Assembly: GCA_937969495.1 (NCBI GenBank)
Contig: CALBVY010000039.1
Coordinates: 9,374-73,373 of the forward strand
Reading direction: 5' to 3'
DNA length: 64,000 nt
Source of the DNA: an uncultured Verrucomicrobiales bacterium
GTDB lineage: Bacteria > Verrucomicrobiota > Verrucomicrobiia > Verrucomicrobiales > Akkermansiaceae
The notes beneath the pieces are model-generated. The model searched no databases. It saw nothing but the letters and a program-made list of their open reading frames with translations, and had not been told where the DNA came from. Positions 59,199 to 64,000 of this stretch are shown here, piece after piece. Position 1 is the stretch's first letter, and every line of letters starts with the position of its first letter. The position numbers and the translations under genes were made by a program.

Positions 59199-60383
59199 CT
59201 ATTCTTCACCTGGTCCGGTGTTCCAGAGCAGGTGCATTTCTTCCACAGATGGAATTTTTGCGGGGCGCACGATGCGGAAGCCAAGCCAGCGTGCGGAGGT
59301 GTGGTACCAGATAGACTGTGGGCGCTGAGGATCCAGAATTTTCCACATGGGGTCTGAGACCAAGCGTGCTGCAGAGCGGAGGTCCTTTGCATCCATCTCG
59401 AAGTGACCACCGCGTACAACGCGCTGGTAGCGTTTTTTACTCAGTTGGAGAGGGTTAAGGGCACCGTTTTTCACTTCGGAGTAGCCTGTCTTGAGGTGGG
59501 AATCGAGCACCCACTCGGCGACGTTACCATGCATGTCATGCAGTCCCCAAGCGTTGGGTTTCTTTTCTCCTACTGGCTGGTATTCATACTCGTAGACGGC
59601 ATCGATGCGGGCATTTTTCTTAAACCACGCGTAGTCCTCAAGCTTGGCAGGATCATCACCAAAGCTATAGGCGGTCTTACTTCCTGCTCGGCAGGCGTAT
59701 TCCCACTCTGCTTCCGTAGGTAAACGGTAGTAGTGGCCAGTCTGTGCGCTGAGCCACTCGCAGAACTTGCTGGCGGCATGTTGGGTCATCGAACAGGCAG
59801 GGTATTCCTCTGAATAGCCGGCGCCATTGCCCATGTTAAAGTGCATGACGTGATAAGGAGATGTGGGCTGGGAGAGGATATCGATGAGGCTTTCATCACC
59901 TTGGGCTTGGTTGGGCTCAGGGGTTTTGAGGTTACTATCGCGGTTCAGGCTGCCGTTTTTGTTTCTAGAAACTTCTTTGAGCATTTCATTGTTCATGAAG
60001 GTCTGATAGAGATCCCAGGTAACTTCGACTTTGCCCATCCAGAAGGGTTCGATCTTAATTTCTCGCTGTGGGCTTTCGTCCGTGCCGCGGCCTTTTTCTG
60101 TTTCCGCAGATCCCATGGTAAAGGTCCCAGCGGGAATGGGGAGCATTTCAAATTTGGCATCATCAGCCTCAGGGACAGTTTCTGTGTAAGACTTCATTTC
60201 CTGAGCTTTCTCAGCAGCAGCTTTTTTGCTGATAATCTCGTGAATGGTTTTGGTGAGATGAAGGTATTCTGGTGCTACGGGTGTGGCGGCATTACCGATT
60301 GCTGTAACGGTGGTAGTGGTGGGCTCTTTGGCGTAAGCGCTGAGAGTTAAGAGGCCAGATAGAATCAAGGTTGAGTATTTCAT
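59199..60383 (-). CDS. Secreted formylglycine-generating enzyme (FGE/SUMF1)-like domain protein, copy 2
   Basis: IPAGTFTMGS, EVTW..Y, RLPTEAEWEYACRAG, KPNAWGLHDMHGNVAEW, GFRIVR; no catalytic Cys pair seen. Confidence 0.9.
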   Translation of the reverse strand: MKYSTLILSGLLTLSAYAKEPTTTTVTAIGNAATPVAPEYLHLTKTIHEIISKKAAAEKAQEMKSYTETVPEADDAKFEMLPIPAGTFTMGSAETEKGRGTDESPQREIKIEPFWMGKVEVTWDLYQTFMNNEMLKEVSRNKNGSLNRDSNLKTPEPNQAQGDESLIDILSQPTSPYHVMHFNMGNGAGYSEEYPACSMTQHAASKFCEWLSAQTGHYYRLPTEAEWEYACRAGSKTAYSFGDDPAKLEDYAWFKKNARIDAVYEYEYQPVGEKKPNAWGLHDMHGNVAEWVLDSHLKTGYSEVKNGALNPLQLSKKRYQRVVRGGHFEMDAKDLRSAARLVSDPMWKILDPQRPQSIWYHTSARWLGFRIVRPAKIPSVEEMHLLWNTGPGEE

Positions 60384-60398
60384 AATGGGTTTGGAAAG

Positions 60399-61586
60399 TT
60401 ATTCGACTTCACCTGGACCAGTGTTCCAGAGCAGGTGCATTTCTTCGACAGATGGAATTTTTGCGGGGCGGATGATGCGGAAACCAACATAGCGTGACTG
60501 ACTTAAAAACCAAATAGATCGAGGCATTTGAGGGTCTTTCTTATTCCAAATTGGCTTTGATGGGAAACGTGCTGCGGAACGGAGGCCTTCTGCTGTCATT
60601 TCATAGTGTCCTCCACGAGTAACGCGTGGATAAGTTTTTTTACTTAGCTGAAGTGGGTTGAGTGTGCGATCTGGGAGCTTTGGGTAACCTGGTGAGAGGT
60701 AGGCATCGAGAACCCATTCAGCCATATTGCCATGCATGTCGTGGAGCCCCCAGGCGTTGGGTTTCTTTTCGCCTGCTGGCTGATATTCATATTCAAAAAA
60801 AGAATCCACACGTGAGTTTTTCTTAAACCACGCGTAGTCCTCAAGCTTGGAGGCATTGTCACCGAAGCTGTAGGCTGTCTTCGTCCCTGCACGACAGGCG
60901 TATTCCCATTCTGCCTCTGTTGGTAAGCGGTAGTAATGTCCGGTTTGAGCACTGAGCCACTCACAGAATTTACTGGCGGCGTGCTGACTCATGGCGCACG
61001 CAGGGTATTCATCGGCGTAAGCAGCACCATTAGCCATGTTGTAGTGTGTGGGGACGATGGGGTTAGTAGGTTGAGAAATGATATCTAGAAACCGCTCGTC
61101 GCCTTGTTGTTTGTTAGGCTCGGATGTCCAGCGATCGGCATCACGATTAATGGTGCCGCTTTTGTTGCGCGAGACTCCGCGTCTATTCTCGTTTTTCATG
61201 AACCCCATATAAAGGGCCCATGTGACTTCTTGTTTCGCCATCCAGAAGGGCTCAATCTTGATCTCTCTCTGAGGGCCTTCATTTTGATCACGCCCTTTTT
61301 CTCCTTCCGGAGACCCCATGGTGTAGGTGCCACCGGGGATGGGTAGCATCTCAAACTCTGCATCGTCAGATTCTGGGATGGTGCCTGTGTAGGGCTTCAT
61401 TCCTTGAGCTTTTTCATCAGCGGCTTTTTTGGTGATGATTTCGTGAATCTTTTTAGTGATATGCAGTGAATCTGGGGCTACAGGGGTCTGGACACTACCA
61501 CTTTGCGTCACGGAGCTGGCTACGGGCTCTTTGGCGTAGCTGTTCAAGGTAATGAGGCCTGATAGGATCAGGGTAGGGTATTTCAT
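60399..61586 (-). CDS. Secreted FGE/SUMF1-like domain protein, copy 1
   Basis: Same motifs; closely similar to the adjacent copy, sharing the C-terminal EEMHLLWNTGPGE. Confidence 0.9.
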   Translation of the reverse strand: MKYPTLILSGLITLNSYAKEPVASSVTQSGSVQTPVAPDSLHITKKIHEIITKKAADEKAQGMKPYTGTIPESDDAEFEMLPIPGGTYTMGSPEGEKGRDQNEGPQREIKIEPFWMAKQEVTWALYMGFMKNENRRGVSRNKSGTINRDADRWTSEPNKQQGDERFLDIISQPTNPIVPTHYNMANGAAYADEYPACAMSQHAASKFCEWLSAQTGHYYRLPTEAEWEYACRAGTKTAYSFGDNASKLEDYAWFKKNSRVDSFFEYEYQPAGEKKPNAWGLHDMHGNMAEWVLDAYLSPGYPKLPDRTLNPLQLSKKTYPRVTRGGHYEMTAEGLRSAARFPSKPIWNKKDPQMPRSIWFLSQSRYVGFRIIRPAKIPSVEEMHLLWNTGPGEVE

Positions 61587-61612
61587 AGCGGGTATCATCG
61601 GGGTGTGAAAAA

Positions 61613-61911
61613 TTATTCGGCTTCACCTGGACCAGTGTTCCAGAGTAGGTGCATTTCTTCTATAAATGGGAGGCCAGCGGAAAGGTGACAGATAGATCCA
61701 GTGCTAGTAGTGCCAAGTTTGGCCGCTGAGCCTCTCGAAAAATTTACTGACTGCGTGCTCTGACTCATGGCATATGCGCGATAAGGTGCAGAGACTCAGG
61801 GGCAGGCACCTGCTTGGGTGCCGCCAAAGGTGTGATGCTAGAAGCGGTCTCCTCTTCAGCCTGACAGCTACAAGTGAGAATGCCTGCTAGGGTGAATAAG
61901 ACGCGCTTCAT
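61613..61911 (-). pseudogene. Internally deleted, frameshifted remnant of a third FGE-like paralog
   Basis: ATG 61911 gives MKRVLFTLAGIL...VPAPESLHL (cf. PVAPDSLHI). Out-of-frame pieces AMSQ and HAVSKFFERLSGQTWHY (cf. HAASKFCEWLSAQTGHY). Ends IEEMHLLWNTGPGEAE-TAA at 61613. Confidence 0.85.
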
Positions 61912-61926
61912 GAGCGTAAAGTCGGC

Positions 61927-63240
61927 TTATGTTTTTTGACCAGGCTTGGGGACTGGAGCGATGGCAAAATCGTCTTTGAAATTAAGTGTATCTGGCGCCA
62001 TGTCTTCATCGCTTTTGAAAAGATTTTTCCAAGTGACGCGTTTCCCGGTGTGAGCGGCTTCACGGCCTAGGATGGCGTGCGCTGTGGAGTTAGCCATGTA
62101 TTCACCTGTGTTGATAATTTTACCCTCTCGAAGACTTGCAAAGAATTCATTGTGGCAAACTTGGTACATATCTTGTGTAGCACCTTCTTCAGGACGATAG
62201 CGCCACATGGTTTTACCATCAGCATCGATGGCGCGTGGTTGAGCTGGACCGATAACGCTGCCTTTTTCACAGAAGATACGATCGATGACCTCGGTGTGGC
62301 TACGGTTGAACTGACGAGCACCTAGATGGCAGAAGATGCCATTGGGGTATTCGTAGGCCACGGAGTAGTGGTCAAAGACATTACTTGGATCATCACGCTG
62401 GATACGACCACCAGTGCCAACTGCTGCGATGGGTGCGACGTCTCCCATTGCCCATGCAATTTTGTCTGTGGAGTGGATGGACTGCTCGAGGATGGGTGCA
62501 CCTGATAGCCACTCGTAGTTAGTCCACCAGCGTACCTGCCATTCCACATCACCTACGTCAGCAGGTTTGACCGCATCTTTGGGGATGGGTTTGTAAACGC
62601 TACTCATGTAAGTGCCATAGACGGAGGTCACGCGGCCGAAATCACCATTGAGAATTTTCCCATAAGCAGCACGGGTGCTAGGGGCAAAACGCCAGCAGAA
62701 GCCGTGCTGGATAGCGACGTTATTTTTCTTGGCGATCTCGGTGGATTCTAACACGGATTTAACCCCGGCCATATCAACGGCCATTGGTTTTTCTGCAAAG
62801 ACGTGCTTTTTCGCTTCTACCGCCGCACGTAGGTGCTGGGGGCGGAATCCTGGAGGCGTTGCTAGAAGAACGACGTCTACACCAGAATCAATTACTTGTT
62901 GAAAAGAATTAAGGCCAGAAAACTGGCGTTCTTTGGCCACTTCACTGCGTTTAGCAAATCTCTTGAGTTGTTTAAGTGATCCCTCGATCTGCGAGCTAAA
63001 TGCGTCTCCCATAGCCCAGAGCTGAACATGCGGATCTGCTGCGAGTGCCTGCATTGCAGCACCTGTGCCGCGGCCACCACATCCAACTAACCCTACCTTG
63101 ATTGTCTTGCTGCCAAGGTTCTGAGCACTAACAATACCTGGCATGCCTAGGATTGGTACCGCAGCGGCGGCAGCGGTGGTGGTTTTGATGAAACTTCGGC
63201 GAGTATTAGAACTAGATTCGTTATTCATGATATTGCTCAT
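61927..63240 (-). CDS. Tat-exported Gfo/Idh/MocA family oxidoreductase
   Basis: Twin-arginine TRRSFIK, VGLVGCGGRGTGA, LATPPGFRP.H, AEKP, EQSIH. Confidence 0.92.
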   Translation of the reverse strand: MSNIMNNESSSNTRRSFIKTTTAAAAAVPILGMPGIVSAQNLGSKTIKVGLVGCGGRGTGAAMQALAADPHVQLWAMGDAFSSQIEGSLKQLKRFAKRSEVAKERQFSGLNSFQQVIDSGVDVVLLATPPGFRPQHLRAAVEAKKHVFAEKPMAVDMAGVKSVLESTEIAKKNNVAIQHGFCWRFAPSTRAAYGKILNGDFGRVTSVYGTYMSSVYKPIPKDAVKPADVGDVEWQVRWWTNYEWLSGAPILEQSIHSTDKIAWAMGDVAPIAAVGTGGRIQRDDPSNVFDHYSVAYEYPNGIFCHLGARQFNRSHTEVIDRIFCEKGSVIGPAQPRAIDADGKTMWRYRPEEGATQDMYQVCHNEFFASLREGKIINTGEYMANSTAHAILGREAAHTGKRVTWKNLFKSDEDMAPDTLNFKDDFAIAPVPKPGQKT

Positions 63241-63310
63241 ATAAAGATGTTACGGATGAAATGTAAATGATCTTACTAATTAAATAAGATAACGCCAAAG
63301 TTCACCGACC

Positions 63311-64000
63311 TTAGCGCTCTGCAATCGGTGGAACAGGCACTGTTTCCTGAGGCCCCATGTACTTGGTAAGAGGACGGTAGAGGCGATTGTCCTGTAGCTG
63401 CTCAAGCACCTGTGCGGTCCATCCAGAAGCACGGGCGATGGCGAAGATCGGTGTGAAGAGATCAGTAGGAATACCGAGTGAGTAGTAAACAGTGGCGGAA
63501 TAGAAGTCTACGTTGGCATTAAGCCCTTTACGCTCGCGCATGATTTCGGCAATGCGGTTGGACATATTGATCCACTTTGGCTCACCGAGTTCCTCTGTGA
63601 GTTTGATCGCCATCTTCTGTAAATGTGGAGCGCGGGGATCTAGAACTTTGTAAACGCGGTGACCGATACCCATGATCTTTTTCTTATTCACGAGGCAGTC
63701 TTCCACAAAGGCGTCTACTTTATCTTCCTCGCCGATTTCTTCCAGCATCTGGATAACGCCCTCGTTAGCACCGCCGTGCAGTGGGCCTTTTAGGGTGCCC
63801 ACAGCAGAAGTAATGGCGGAGTACATATCACTTAATGTCGCTACCGTTACACGTGCAGCAAAAGTAGAAGCATTCATGCCGTGATCAGCATGAATAATGT
63901 AAGCAATATCTAGTGTGCGAGCAACGGCCTCACTGGGCACCTCACCATTGACGAGGTAGAGGAAATACGCTGCTTCACCTAGGTCTGTGCGCACTTCTGG
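63311..64000 (-). CDS. Citrate synthase (or 2-methylcitrate synthase), partial, 5' end outside the window
   Basis: HADHGMNAST, KGPLHGGAN, GIGHRVYK..DPR, NVDFYSA. Confidence 0.93.
   Translation of the reverse strand, partial: PEVRTDLGEAAYFLYLVNGEVPSEAVARTLDIAYIIHADHGMNASTFAARVTVATLSDMYSAITSAVGTLKGPLHGGANEGVIQMLEEIGEEDKVDAFVEDCLVNKKKIMGIGHRVYKVLDPRAPHLQKMAIKLTEELGEPKWINMSNRIAEIMRERKGLNANVDFYSATVYYSLGIPTDLFTPIFAIARASGWTAQVLEQLQDNRLYRPLTKYMGPQETVPVPPIAER

Noticed and set aside
1-64000. CRISPR array, rRNA, prophage
   Set aside because: No regularly spaced repeat-spacer units, rRNA-like sequence or phage structural genes were found.

Overview
Bacterial genomic DNA, most likely a marine-type Verrucomicrobiota (PVC) organism. 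That taxon call is inferred from gene content and is not proven. The window has core genes (mlaE, purN, rdgB, nuoA, asd, ispA-like, pfkA, citrate synthase, tRNA-Cys) interleaved with accessory blocks. (i) About 5.2-18.1 kb is a compositionally mosaic block. In it an RND efflux operon is split by an XRE-ImmA/IrrE + DUF4411 PIN pair and followed by a KAP NTPase. (ii) A nitrate/nitrite cluster (nirBD, LysR, ferredoxin-DmsC fusion, NasA-like Mo enzyme) has two sigma54-type promoters. (iii) An intact ISAs1 element has 20-bp IRs and a 10-bp TSD. (iv) An AT-rich ~15.3-kb operon next to tRNA-Cys encodes MoxR, DUF58, BatA-vWA, vWA-GATase-like, a giant coiled-coil protein and three alpha/alpha-barrel paralogs. 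(v) There is a Gfo/Idh/MocA-FGE-ApbE-nucleoside permease cluster containing a decayed third FGE paralog. The main discovery is two probable selenoproteins that the ORF track splits. ORFs 44422-47820 and 42919-44379 are in the same frame, joined by TGA-GGC-GGA-TGA (putative U-G-G-U) with a SECIS-like hairpin, giving one 1633-aa protein. The divergently transcribed gene 55066-55644 reads FGSHT-TGA-GPF, an iodothyronine-deiodinase-like Sec motif, also followed by a SECIS-like hairpin.
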